In this document: positions 1 through 12,555 of the stretch, piece by piece
Layout: every line of letters begins with the position of its first letter
How positions within the stretch are numbered: the stretch's first letter is position 1
Assembly (NCBI RefSeq): GCF_033153115.1
Contig: NW_026889750.1
Location: 42,160,001-42,224,000, forward strand
DNA length: 64,000 nt
Source of the DNA: Saccostrea echinata
Taxonomy: Eukaryota
Direction of reading: 5' to 3'
Translations under genes and position numbers: made by a program
The notes under the pieces: generated by a model
Seen by the model: the letters and a program-made list of their open reading frames with translations, nothing else
Database searches by the model: none
Told to the model about the DNA's origin: nothing

Positions 1-469
1 GAAAGACAAGTAATCCAACTAACATAGTGTACCTGAGATTATTAATTGTATGTATTAACTGCAAACAATGATAAGACAAAAGAAAATTAGAGTTTAATCT
101 TCTCGTCAAATAACACAGAATTGTCATTCTTTTTTTTCTTTCAGTCGGACTAACTTAGACATACTCATTGTTTCAACCTTAAATAAGGAAGGTGAAAAAA
201 TAAACTGTAAAAGATGAGGAGTTGTTTAACTTGCATCTTCATGACAGCGTGACAGGTCATTGACACCCTTCGCGTCCACAATCTTGAATTAATTATAATT
301 CGATTATTTACAACCGTGTTGTGCTATACTTTTCTTCAGCTTTGAACACTATCGTATATTTCTGACAAATCCATCATTTTATATCAATATTTATGTTGTG
401 GTTCAATTTGTTTATTTACTGATCCCACAATTATTTTTTGGAAAACAATGACTCTTAGTTCCGAATATG

Positions 470-531
470 TATAAAAAGAGGAAAAAGCTTGCAATTTCCA
501 AGTTAACTTCAGGAATTTCGCTACACAAGGT
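470..531 (+). promoter_or_regulatory. Candidate TATA box plus short non-coding first exon/donor of the 91-aa secreted peptide gene
   Basis: TATAAAAA at 470-477, an initiator-like ccaagtt ~30 nt downstream, and a donor CAAG|GTAATT at 529/530. Pairing it with the 1323 acceptor is inference. Confidence 0.55.
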
Positions 532-864
532 AATTAAGGCATAATTTTAATATTGTATTTATGTAACTAAAAGTAGTACTAGTGAGATTTTATTTAATAA
601 GAATTTTGTATTGAATGATGCACATTTTATTTTCTTTCAAAAATTCTCAAAATTACTTGATTTTTAAAAGTTCTTTCAGATTTTTTGATTAGTTATTATA
701 GATACAGGATCTATCAGAGGAGATGGGATGGCGGCAAAATTATTTGATTAACCAGAAATAGGAATAATTAATGTACAGTTCTAAATTATCGATACTGATA
801 TTTAACCGTGAAAATGTGTTTCATGTAATCTTACAAAGGAAATTACAGAGAAATAATGAAATGT

Positions 865-1035
865 GAAGATAACAACAGTAATCATGCTTAAAAAAAACCT
901 ATGAAACAGTACAAATTTTTAGCAAAGTAAAAACGGGGCTCTAAAAACCAGAGGGGAGATCAGGTGCCACAGAGGAGTAAACATCCTCTGTCAACCTGTC
1001 ATATCCGCCGCGTGCTCTTTGTAATGATCAGGTAG
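865..1035 (-). mobile_element. Penelope-like retroelement 3' fragment
   Basis: Reverse complement of the family core (gatcaggtgccacagaggagtaaacatcctctgtcaacctgtcatatccgccgcgtgc) shared with copies at 2.8, 7.9, 11.9, 17.5 and 34.8 kb. Confidence 0.65.
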
Positions 1036-1327
1036 ACATGTAAATAGCTAGGGTTNNNNNNNNNNNNNNNNNNNNNNNNNNNNNNNNNNNNNNNNNNNNN
1101 NNNNNNNNNNNNNNNNNNNNNNNNNNNNNNNNNNNNNNNNNNNNNNNNNNNNNNNNNNNNNNNNNNNNNNNNNNNNNNNNNNNNNNNNNNNNNNNNNNNN
1201 NNNNNNNNNNNNNNNNNNNNNNNNNNNNNNNNNNNNNNNNNGCTTCTACAGATTTTTTTTTATTGGGGAAGGAATAAAACTTAGTGCCATAATTGCTTAA
1301 TCATGTTTCTATTTCTTTTTCAGGACG

Positions 1328-1603
1328 ATGAAATCATCTCACTTTTTTATCTGTGCTGTTGTTTTACTTTTTGCTGTATCAACAACAAATTCATTTTCAC
1401 TCCCACGCTATGCGAGAAATGACCCCTACCTGCAGCAGTTGTTGAAGCCTAAAACGGGATCTAAGTATCCAAGCCGGTTCCAGATGCATCTGGCCAGAGA
1501 GTACCTGGATGAAATGGAACCCTATGATTCAGACCACCACGACATGATCGAAGACCGCTTGGAAAACTATTTGGAATTTGGTCTGGAACCTAGATATTTC
1601 TAG
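1328..1603 (+). CDS. Small secreted protein / peptide precursor (91 aa), unknown family
   Basis: N-terminal hydrophobic signal (MKSSHFFICAVVLLFAVSTTNS). The ATG sits 4 nt after an acceptor (ttctttttcag, AG 1322-1323). There is an upstream TATAAAAA at 470-477, a candidate non-coding exon ~500-529 ending in AAG|gtaatt, and AATAAA at ~1744 and ~1867. Confidence 0.8.
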   Translation: MKSSHFFICAVVLLFAVSTTNSFSLPRYARNDPYLQQLLKPKTGSKYPSRFQMHLAREYLDEMEPYDSDHHDMIEDRLENYLEFGLEPRYF

Positions 1604-1784
1604 TCAATTTCTCGTAAGACATTGCATAAATATAACAGAAATGTCGTCTTTCTCAATTTTCGTACAGTTTAAAAAGCAAACTGAGAGATTGTTAACATTC
1701 AGTTTACCTTTTGCAAACTTTTAATCTAGAAATACAAAAAAAAAATAAATATTGTGTCGTAGATTAACCCGAATGGGTATTTCA

Positions 1785-1821
<37 letters not shown>

Positions 1822-2634
1822 ATAAGTGATAATGCTTTATTTCAATGTGTCGTATAAAAGAGCATCAATAAATTTCCTTTTTTCTTTCCTTACAGACTAA
1901 TCATCTTTAACTCCATAATCAGCCGTCGTGTAAACCATACTGTGTACTTATTGTGTAATCCATTCCTTTGTACATTATCTGGCTTCTTCATTTTATATAT
2001 TGTACATAAAAAATGATAGTTATCTTGTTTTTTTTTAATAAATTGTATAAAATTTCTACATCTGTTTGAATTAACATTACCAGTATTGATAATTCATTTT
2101 ATTACTTTAAGGGTTTTTCATAACAAGGGTTTACTCTATAAACATAAAAAGGTGTGGTTATGAAAAAAGTCGATCAAGAACTGCAAATCCTCTGAAAATC
2201 AGAACTTGATTAGCACGTTGAACTGTGAGAATATCTAAATGTTGGTTGGCTGAATTATACAAGAAAACTCATACAAGGAACGGAAGATTTTGGGTGTTAA
2301 TTATAATATGCCAGCTATGAAGCAGTGTTTGTTTTAACCAACCAAAATACACTTGTCATCTTGTCCAGTTCAAAAGAATCGAAAAAAATGGAAGAAAAAT
2401 ATCTTCTTTGGTTGTCTCCGAAAGGAAAAGAAATGAAGAAGACGAGTTAATCGTTCCTTTTTTCCGTCGGTCTATTTGACCCTATTTTATCGATTCTTGA
2501 TGTCATTTGTGGTTGTCTGCAAAACTTGCCAGTAGGCACTTTAAAGGCTATAAAGAGGCCCGTTGGCCATAAAAGTCAGTTGATTTTATGCGCAAAATCA
2601 TGTGCTACTGAAGAACTTTTTTTTTTTAACGAAA

Positions 2635-3005
2635 CAGGCTATAGAGTGATAAGTTGATGAGACAAAGATATCAGCAGTCTCCTTTCAAAAATCAACATTT
2701 CGCAAATTCTATGGTCGATTTAATGACTTTGTTTGCAAGTACAATTAAGCTGTCATAAGGTCGAATGTTGACTGACGTCTTTCATAAAAATTGTTAGGCC
2801 ATTATTTTAACACAGAATTGTCTACGGATCTTTTCATCTACCCATCATAACAAGTTGCACACACCGAGTGTGACCGGTGGTCAGGAGATGCTTACTCCTC
2901 CTTGGCACCCGATTCCACCTTAAGATACGTGTTTGCCCTGCTCCAAATTTGTAGTGTTTAAAAGGACTTTTGGATATGATTGCTATTCGTTATCTTCAGA
3001 TTTCA
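2635..3005 (+). mobile_element. Penelope-like retroelement 3' fragment, inside a degraded HINE-type repeat (~2550-3500)
   Basis: Matches 34570-34945 along its length (aagttgatga..., ttctatggtcg..., gtgtgaccggt..caggagatgcttactcctccttggcacc). Confidence 0.7.
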
Positions 3006-4233
3006 TCATGAAGATGCCTGCATATGAAAAAATTTCATTATGTACTATTGGTGTATGAGAAATTGATTTTTAATGGTTTTTCCTTTATAAAACTTGTAAA
3101 CTTTCATCTTTTATTGTGGGTCAACCCGGGGCCATGATTTGAGCAAAAATGATTTTCTTAGGATATTTTCATATTAACAAGGCTAATCATGGCCTTGCTG
3201 TTCTAGAGAGGAAGACCTTTAAAGATTCCCATTGTAAAACTTTCACCAATAATACTTTTCCCTCTTTTGCCAGGGAGCCAAAATCTACTCTATCCTCCAG
3301 GGGCCAAGATTTGACTAAATTTGAAAAAATTACTACCTGAGAAAGCTTAAAATGACGAATCATAGGCTTGATGATCTTGGGAAAATAATTGAAAGATTTT
3401 TTCCCTTTTTTTTCCCATGTAAAAATTTATTCTCTTTTGTGGACCATCCTAACCCTGGAGCTCATGATTTGAACAAACATAATTCTACACTATTTGATTT
3501 TGTTTTTTTTTTTTTTTTTAACCGTTTTTCAAAGTGTATTTTATCAAGTCTATAGAGCTAATGAGTCATTTAAACAGATAAATGATTCTTCTGTCCTCTC
3601 TTACACTTCTTTTTAATAGATTCATTTTGCAAAGTTCTTGTTAATGACAAATAAAAGATCATTCTAAAGAAATATCACAATTATTAATTCCTTGATAGCG
3701 TATGTTGCAAAACTTTTCACCCTTTTATCTTCATCTTATAAAAAATTTTAGTGAAAACAATAGAGTAACCGAGTTATTACAAAATACATGAATATAATTA
3801 ACCAATAGAATATAAGTGAAAGCCAAGATAATGATTATTGGCATATAATGAAAATATGTTTGAAAACAGTTAATTATATTTTTGGGTAATATATATACAA
3901 TATAATCGACAAACTATAATAATGGCAAATGTTCAAAGGCGAAGATATGCGTATTCAAGTCAAAAATGCAAATATGATATTTGCATAAATCATATGATTG
4001 TCCAATCAGCTTTTAATGACTGTCTGGAAAAAAAAAACACATGTATAGAAGCGAATAATACACTATTATACTAATGCATCGGTAAGAAGGGCGGCTTTCT
4101 TCTAGAAAAAGGCATAATTTCTATAAAAATCCTCTGCCTGTGACAGCTGCCGTATGCTTTTCTGGTATCACGTACAGAAAATTATTGTCTTGTACAAATT
4201 ATAGCTAAGGTGACGATTCGTCATCCCATGGCA

Positions 4234-4302
4234 TATTTAAGACCAATCAGTTCGATATATCGATAGATTAGATCCGTCTGCACGTTAGGAGACCAGGTAA
4301 GA
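4234..4302 (+). promoter_or_regulatory. Candidate TATA-like box and non-coding first exon of the 57-aa peptide gene
   Basis: TATTTAA at 4234-4240 and a strong donor CCAG|GTAAGA at 4296/4297. The link to the 6290 acceptor is inferred. Confidence 0.5.
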
Positions 4303-5619
4303 CTTGCAGCATTTTCTTTGTTTCTTTAAAAATGTCCTTTTTTCTCCATCAGTGAAACATAACTTTGCCCTTTTCTTATATTACCTAATAAACCCACCCC
4401 ATCCCTAATAGTATCGCTCAAATTCAACGGAACACCAAGCTCATGCCATTTTGAACTAATCTAAACAAACACTCTTTTCTAAGTGTGTTTTTTCTTTTCT
4501 TTTTTGACATCTCTTTAGGTAAATATTTGCCTATTAACCTTTTAAGGACAAAAACAAATATTTGGGTAATTTTTAAGTTGGCTTGAAAATGTGTTTCCCT
4601 TTTAAAATATCAATGAAATTATGAAATATCCATTAATACTTTATTTTACAAAATGAAGGTCTCTTTTTTCATTCTATAGAAATGTCTTTTTTATTCTTCT
4701 TCTTAAAACTTTAACTAAAACAAGTTTCACAACACAATCCAAATATCCAAAGTACAAGAGTAGCAGCACATTATTCTTTTTCCAAATTAATTGTGATGAC
4801 TACTAAGATATAAACAATGTCTTTACTTTATGAAAATGGTGTCATTATAACATCTGTGGAACAATAATGACTAGCTATCCGCTGAAATTCACATTCATTC
4901 CTTTTCCCTGTCAAATGCACTAACTAAAGGATAAAGGCATAACAAAAATCAATATTAAACACCAATTATACAGTTTGTAAGTAGCTAAATAAGGTATGCA
5001 CGTATGCCATTAAATGATGTTTAGAGACATGAAATATCTTGTTAAATAACGATCTATTTCAATTAATAAAATCTCTTCTCTAATTTCTTTTTTCTCGAAA
5101 TACTTGATGATTCAAATTGCTAATGAACCAATAATTCATAAAACGACTAATTAAAGCTNNNNNNNNNNNNNNNNNNNNNNNNNNNNNNNNNNNNNNNNNN
5201 NNNNNNNNNNNNNNNNNNNNNNNNNNNNNNNNNNNNNNNNNNNNNNNNNNNNNNNNNNNNNNNNNNNNNNNNNNNNNNNNNNNNNNNNNNNNNNNNNNNN
5301 NNNNNNNTCTATTTCTGGTATATATCATAAAATCGATTTTTGTCTCCTTTGGGGTTAGAGAAAGTGGTATTTTATTATTGAGACATGACCACAAACCTAT
5401 AAACAAAACATACGTAAATGATGATGCATACTAGTATATTTCACATGCATTTCATTACAAGTATGCAAACATGAATGAAAAATCCAAAATAACTAGAGCC
5501 TATATAATTTTTTAGTAGTTAAGGACATGATCACGTACTTTCTGTTAAGTTGTTATTAGGTAATTATTACGCCAATATTGAAATATTACTTCTGTTACAT
5601 TTCTTTTTTATTTTATTTA

Positions 5620-6290
5620 TTCATTTGATTTTGGAGACCTCTGAAGAAAGGTAATCTAGCCTTCTGCTTTTTTATTTATTTAGCACCCTATGTACTTATT
5701 CACAGTGTATTTTGATTCTTTAAAGCATTCAAACATTAAGGGTACCAAAGCCTGCATTGTATTATCTATTCCGTTACTTTTCTTTTTTTTATTCTTTTGA
5801 GTTGAGATGGGTAATCTAGTCTACAGTGTGTTCGCTTTTCTGTTTTATTTTATCACTCTAGCTGTAGAGATGTGACAATCGGGAACCTAGCATACCTTGT
5901 CTTGGCTATTCTGCTATAATATATCTTTTTTTTTCCCATTCTGCAGAACTGTTAATTAAAATGATTAACCCAGACTACATAGATTCTCTGTTGCATTACA
6001 TTTCATTTTATTTTTCATATGCATTCTTTTGAGCTGTGATAAGAAGATGGGCAAACTAGTCTTCATTACATAATTGTTCTTCTGCTTAATTTTTTTTTCA
6101 TTTTTATCTATTTACTCTGATTCTGTGTGATTCTGGTAGCGTCTCCATATGAGTGAAAAATTCTCTCTCGGACATTAACCAACAAAAAATATAGAGAGAA
6201 AGAGACAGAGAGAGAGAGGGGGGATGAGTAACTTACTCTATATTGTGTTCGCTATTTTGTTTTATTACATTTTTTTTTCCTATTCTGTAG
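5620..6290 (+). repeat. Degenerate tandem echoes of the acceptor/ATG/signal-peptide start of the 57-aa gene
   Basis: Copies resembling gctgagaagATGGGTAACGTAGCCTACATTGTGTTC at ~5641, ~5801 (gttgagatgggtaatctagtctacagtgtgttc), ~5880, ~5961, ~6043 (gaagatgggcaaactagtcttcatt) and ~6223 (gatgagtaacttactctatattgtgttc). Confidence 0.75.
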
Positions 6291-6300
6291 AGCTGAGAAG

Positions 6301-6474
6301 ATGGGTAACGTAGCCTACATTGTGTTCACGCTTCTGCTAGTGGTCCTCCTGACCTTGTCAGCGGAAGCCTTTTCTTTCTTTGATGATTTTGAGTACCCCC
6401 GCTTCTTCCGCCCCTCCCCATTCTTCTATCCATACTTCGGTGGATTCGGTGATGACTTCTTCGATGATGATTGA
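6301..6474 (+). CDS. Secreted Phe/Asp-rich micropeptide precursor, 57 aa: MGNVAYIVFTLLLVVLLTLSAEA-FSFFDDFEYPRFFRPSPFFYPYFGGFGDDFFDDD
   Basis: Translated by hand; it is below the 60-aa ORF-track cutoff. Canonical signal peptide ending in A-E-A. Acceptor ttcctattctgtag at 6290; GC-richer codons than the flanks. Donor at 6480, acceptor at 6784, AATAAA ~6855. Candidate first exon ends CAG|gtaaga at 4296/4297 with TATTTAA at 4234-4240. Confidence 0.85.
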   Translation: MGNVAYIVFTLLLVVLLTLSAEAFSFFDDFEYPRFFRPSPFFYPYFGGFGDDFFDDD

Positions 6475-7759
6475 CCATGGTAAAATTTGTTTTTTTATCA
6501 TATCCCTATACAACAAGCAAAACGAAATAATAACTATTGAGGATAATTTCCAATCCTGGAAAATCACGGGAACATCATTTTGAAGTATAGATTATTATGA
6601 TTTACATGGCCTTGACATGCTCTAAGCATGAATGGAATTATAGGCTGATCGGCAATATCTAATTTAAGAGCGCAATATTTATTGTTTAATTTTGTTTGTT
6701 TTATTATTATCATTATTATTATTAATTCATTTCCACAGAAAAATACAAAAGACTTACACAACTCTTTCTCTTTTCTATTTACAGTTAGAAACACACGTTA
6801 CAAGAAGCACCAACTAAACTGTATATTGCACAGAGCATGAAGTCTCCAAGATCAAATAAATTTTGTTAATTTACTTCTAATATGTTGTATATTTCTTAAT
6901 ACACAGACAAATATTGCAATGATCATTCTTCGGCATTGAGAGGACAACAATCAATCAAGGTCTGCATGCACTGAAAATGTTTTCTACAGTTACACAAAGC
7001 CTTTACATCGTCGCGGTATTCAAAAAGAAAAAAAACAGAACTATGCATCTCAAAATGTGTGTTTTAGTTTCGAAAAATTTGTCACAGTTAAGAACATTTT
7101 TTTAAAAAATAGAACTCTTTGCGACAGCCTTCGCGTGGATATCAATTTGATAAATTTGAGGAATCCTGATTATTTACATTTTTATTTTACATGCACGAGA
7201 AAAAAAAAGATTAAGAACCCAAAATCAAATGCTTAGCATTATTTCTCTTATTCTGAAGCAAGACAATTACCGGGTAATAGTTTCTGAAATGCCCTCTTCA
7301 CTTTTTTTTTTATCTTCATCTTTTTCATGCTTCATTTCATTTCAAGTTTTGTCTCTGCAGATATGTCTCTTTATATGCAATTTAATGAGAAAACTCTCTA
7401 TTTGTTTGTTCCTAAATCAAACATAAAAATATCTAGTTCATTTTCTCTTAATAGTGATGCATCGTTTGATAATATTGTAAAGATAGAAAATATTACAGCT
7501 TTAATAAAAAAAATTAAATGCATTCTTTATATAATCTTTTAACAATAAAGATAATATTTTCAAGATGCCAAGTTTTCGTAGCTTTTTAAATAAATACAAT
7601 TTACAAGAAAATAATTAAAACTGTCAAATACCATGGTTATCTGCATTTCTGTCTCTATAATTGCAGCACGGAGGACCGGGCTGCTCTATACATCTCGTAA
7701 GTTTAATTTTTGGTGCATGGGATTGAGGTGGGAGAACTTATTCAGAATTAAGTGGTTAA

Positions 7760-8035
7760 CTACAATGACCTTGTCAGCAAATACAATCTATCATTAAGTC
7801 AAATGCTGACTGACGTTTTTCATACTAATTGTTAGGCCATTATCACACTAAATTGTCGACGGATTTTTCTGTTATTTCCCTATCATGACAACGAGCACAC
7901 GGCGGGTGTGACCGGTCGACACTCCTCCATGGCACCTGATCCCACTTCTGTTGTTTAGAGGTCTGTGATTCCTCTGCACCAAAATTTGTATTGTTTAATG
8001 TACTTTTGAGCTTGAATACTGTTCGTTATCTCCAT
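7760..8035 (+). mobile_element. Penelope-like retroelement 3' fragment
   Basis: Near-identical to 34650-34940 (tacaatgaccttgtcagcaaatacaatctatcattaagtc ... cacacggcgggtgtgaccggtcgac ... ctcctccatggcacctgatc). Confidence 0.7.
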
Positions 8036-8082
8036 ATATTTCATACATTAAAAAGATTATACATCAGAATGTTCTTTCTTTT

Positions 8083-8176
8083 TGTTACATTAAAAGTTTA
8101 AAGTTTAAACTTATCTATAACTATCTAGATAGTTATAGATAAGTTTAAACTTAAGATTTAAACTTTTAATGTAACA
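8083..8176. repeat. AT-rich palindrome (52-bp perfect core 8101-8152 with extended arms)
   Basis: aagtttaaacttatctataactatct-agatagttatagataagtttaaactt is its own reverse complement. Outer arms are tgttacattaaaagttta / taaacttttaatgtaaca. Confidence 0.95.
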
Positions 8177-11100
8177 CCTTTATAAATTACGAGATACACA
8201 ATATATTTACTTCCATGAAGTACATCTTTAAAAATATATGTTTTTCATATGTAATATAAAAAGTCGCTTATCATTTACTATCGACAAAACGACAGGTCCT
8301 TCTTTTTAGAACATTTAATTTTACTTATCTTTACACAGTCTGTGTTTTATATTCATTGAGTCAAATATATATTTGATGATAAGTGATAGATGTGTCTGAT
8401 TCTAATTTATATTTTATGCAGACAACAGTTAATTGAGAAAATGATAAAGATTAAAACGGTATCATTTTTGTTTGATTTTCATCTGATTAGAAACTTTCCG
8501 TAAATCTCGACTAAAGTCTCCATCATTCGTCAGACATATGTCTTTATCAGACAAGTCTAAGCGGTTTGATGATCAAGATTTTACTGCATTTATTACCCGG
8601 GCGACAATTGATGGCAACATCAATATTTTCTTGTTTAATTGTAAGTAAAGGAAACAAAAGTACATCACAAAAAAGTCTTTGATTGAAATAAAGATATGTT
8701 CATATCTCAGTATCGACACAAATGCGTAATTAAGACCACATTGTACATAGCTGATAGATATAGGGTTCAATCAAATCTACTCCTTGATACACTACTGGGG
8801 CTCTAGGTGGGCTTTGGCAATATTGTTAAGTATGTTACACAAATCACAGCAACCAGACCATGTTTGAGCGTTTTAAGATCCTTTTCTTTCGTTTATCTTC
8901 GTTACTTAATGTTGTGTCGATCTGTTCTTACATTTGATATTGTACAAGGGGGTAGGAATTTAATCCATCTGTGAATACGCCCATCTCAGACTGTCAGAGA
9001 GCACTTAAGACTGTTACAAATGATATTTTCTGATAGTCCGCTGAAAGGTCGGCAAGAAGTTTTTCAGCATTTTTCTTTTTCAAGCATACATCAGTCATAT
9101 TTCTCTCATGAATTGATCGTTGATACGATGATTAAGTGTTTAAATGAATTAAAAATAATAATCTACAGAAATTCAATTTCAAATATAATCACTAAAATAG
9201 CTCAGAAGATTGGGCGCTTATAAATTGTAGAATTTTAATTGGTAATATAAAGTTCGATGTAAACTCATTCACTTCATAATCAATTTATCAGATAATTTTA
9301 TTAAGGTTTAATTAGAACATAAAAAAATAAATAAAAGTTCACGTGTATCGTTCATCCTGGAAACGATTTGAATTGATTCCTATAGAAAATCCATATGTGT
9401 TAGGAATTTTATATTGTTATCAACGATTGTCACCGGATATCGGGGCAAACTTGGAGTGGATAGTCCACAACCTGCTATCTTTTAAAGTTCAGAAATAGGT
9501 CAGGTGTCTTCGTAAGAGAATCAATACATATCGAAGAGAGGGCCCTCGATTTTAAAGGGAGTAAAGCAAATTAAAGATCACCGATCGACTCCGTTATGCA
9601 AGATTGGGCGCTTTCACTTAACTTTTAAAGTTTGTCTCCAGCATAGCTGTGTATATTTATAATCGACAGAAATTGGTAAACGTTCTTACTCTGTGAGAGG
9701 ATTTCTAGCAAAACATGGTTAAAAATAGATATTGGAGATAGACGTTTGGTCTTCAAGGTGTGACTCGAGACACGTGTACAGGTGTACAGGTGATTTGTAA
9801 ATTATAGAAACAAAAGAGCAATATTAAAGGAGGAATAAATAAATAAGAAGAATCAACACATGAAAGAAAAAAATATTGGTGAATAGGAGCATAAATCACG
9901 AGAATATATTTACCTTGGACAGGTGAGTTAACCACTACCTTATCTCCTAAATGCTTTCCAATTACACGTGAAATATCGGTTTACAAATTACATGGGCCTT
10001 GACAAGCTGTTTACAACATTTTGAATAGTTGAACAATTTTGTGTTTAAGATTCTAAACAGATGTGGGAAGATTTAATTTCTTGCCTTTGCACTTTTTCTG
10101 ATTTTCTATTAAACATATCAGTTGTATTTTACATTTGTATTTTCTGTTATAATTAATGTAATTCTAGTTGGAAAATGAATACTAGAGATGACTTAGACGT
10201 ATTTGGCTTTAAATTGAAAGCTTTTTCTCTTTTAAAAATCATTTTAAAAAACAAAATAACTATCATACATACATGTTAAGTCGTGTCACTTTTAAAACTA
10301 TTCTGCAAGCTTGAAAAGAAATCATTAACCTGTCCTTTAGCAGTTTTAATCCATGTATACAAAATCATTGCTTTCATTTACCAAGAAATTGTATATTGAT
10401 TTCATTTAATTCTGATTTTAGAATTATAAAGTTAACATGCAGTATAGTTTTGATACTAATTACATTTTAATTCAAAACTTAAGAGAGAAAAGAGCTATTA
10501 CGAACAAATGATTAATATGAAATAAAACGAATGGATTTAATCGAACCAGAATATACTACTGATTCTCTAATAGCATGAAATTAATATTCTATCAGGCCTG
10601 AATAAAACTAGACCAAATAAAAATATATGCATTTTCTTTTCTTAAATTGAACCCCCCTTTGATAACCGGAATCTATTTAACGTATTGAATTTTCAATAAT
10701 ACCGTCGGTTTCAATAGTGTTAAATAAATATTTCCTCTTGTCAACGCGGCTCCTCGACTACATTTAAATTACTATGCATGTTTTAAAGTAGACGACTTCA
10801 CACTTAAAATAAGACAAGGGATACATGCACGATACTATCTCCTTGCCTCATTGTTTCTCAGGTGATTTTTTTAAGATAAGAAATTTGAAAAGCATTTAGA
10901 ATAAGAAAAATCAGTTTCAGTCATACCTAAAAGAAATAAAAGTCAGATATCTCCGTACATGTAAATATACGTGTGTAGTATTAACAGTAAGAAAAATCGG
11001 GTTCACATTAACAGAAATGAGGGATTTAAAAAGAAAAAAAGAGAATTTTTTTAAGTTGTTGAAATTCTTATAAACATCAAATTAAGTAACATACCATCTA

Positions 11101-11914
11101 AAAAAATTAATGTTAAAGCATTCATAATAGACAAAAATATCTAAAACCTTTGTTAGGTATTTTTTAAAGTACTAGTTTTTATAAGTATTCTAAATTGATC
11201 GAAAAAAGTTTTCCCAGTCATATTTTCCATTGCGTATTTTATATACTAGTTTTAGCTTCAAATTTAAATATCTAAAGTACATGTACATTATAGTGTATGT
11301 TGTTACGTACAAATGTAAAAATTCAGTGTATAAAAAGATTTAGTGCTCTCCAAATCTAGATAAATCATGAAGCAAACACCCTTTAAATAAAGGCAATGAA
11401 ATAAAATGAGGTACATATGGTCAAAAATTTACAAAATCAAATTTTTGGAACTCATGATTCATCTAAGAATCATTTCCCATGAATTTGTCTTTAACAAGTG
11501 ACGAATATTTTGTCCATCTACCAAATATCTAGTCACTTTCAAATACTTTTATGTTTGAACAAGGAAACAGAGGATTAAATAAAATTTATTTTACGTCTGC
11601 TATCAAACAATCAAATACCTTTTAAATGTTTATGCATCCAGTATTAGAGATTAAGCATCAATACTCTTTAAGTAAAATTCAGATCCTAAAAGTGTTGAAC
11701 AACTAGAACAAAATTTTAGAAATGATTCTTCTATAGCATCATGAACTGTCAGTGAGAAAGATGCAGATCTTAAACGTGTTGATCAAGTGGAATAAAAATT
11801 AAGAATTGCATGATTCTTTTAAAAGCTTCACGAACAACTGAAGAGAGCTTAACAAGTGGAACAAAATTTTAGAAATGATTCTTTTAAAAGCTTCATGAAC
11901 AACTTAGAGCGTAC

Positions 11915-12360
11915 AAGGACCTCTAAAACAGAAGCAGGATCAGGTGCAACAGAGAAATGAGCATTCCCTGTCGATCGATCACACGCCGCCGAGTGCCTCT
12001 TGTCATGATCAGGTAAACGGAAAAATCCGTAGGCAAGTCGGTGAAAAAATAAGGAATTAATATTAAAGACGTCAGTCAACATTCGACCTCTACAATAGAT
12101 TGTATTTGCAAACAAGGCCATTGTATCGATAAAATTTGCGAATTGTTGACTTTAAACGAGATTGGTGATACCCTTGTATCATCAGCTTACCTGCCAGTAG
12201 CATGTCTCGTTTTAGAAATTGTTCATAAATAGAACATGCTCTTGAATCGAATCAACTGTGAGACACAAATGCCATATGCAGGTAATAATGGTACATTGTT
12301 ACACAAATAAGGGAAGTTTACGATAGAAAAGTTGAATTTATCAAGTTCATCATAAAGTTT
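11915..12360 (-). mobile_element. Penelope-like retroelement 3' fragment
   Basis: Reverse-complement copy of the same family, including the degenerate RT C-terminal coding stretch (ccatatgcagg...gggaagtttacgat). Confidence 0.7.
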
Positions 12361-12555
12361 ATTTGTTAGTTTGCTATCAATGTCTTTTCATAGTAAAGCA
12401 TCCAAATATAAAAAAAAAGATTTGTCAGACTATGTGGTGTCTTCTATCTCGAAGATGCATGAAGAGCTGAACAACAAGAACAAAATTTTAGAAATATCAT
12501 GCTTCCAAAATCAACGTGAGCAAAGCAACAAGAAAGATGCACATTTCAAGTGTGT

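Noticed and set aside
1394-1603. Assignment of the 91-aa precursor to the NPY/NPF or luqin neuropeptides
   Set aside because: There is no Gly-Lys/Arg amidation signal, no dibasic cleavage sites and no C-terminal Cys pair; the resemblance is limited to PRY/PRYF.
6358-6583. ORF-track ORFs 6380-6583 (+) and 6358-6567 (-)
   Set aside because: They are alternative frames overlapping the real 57-aa signal-peptide ORF at 6301-6474.
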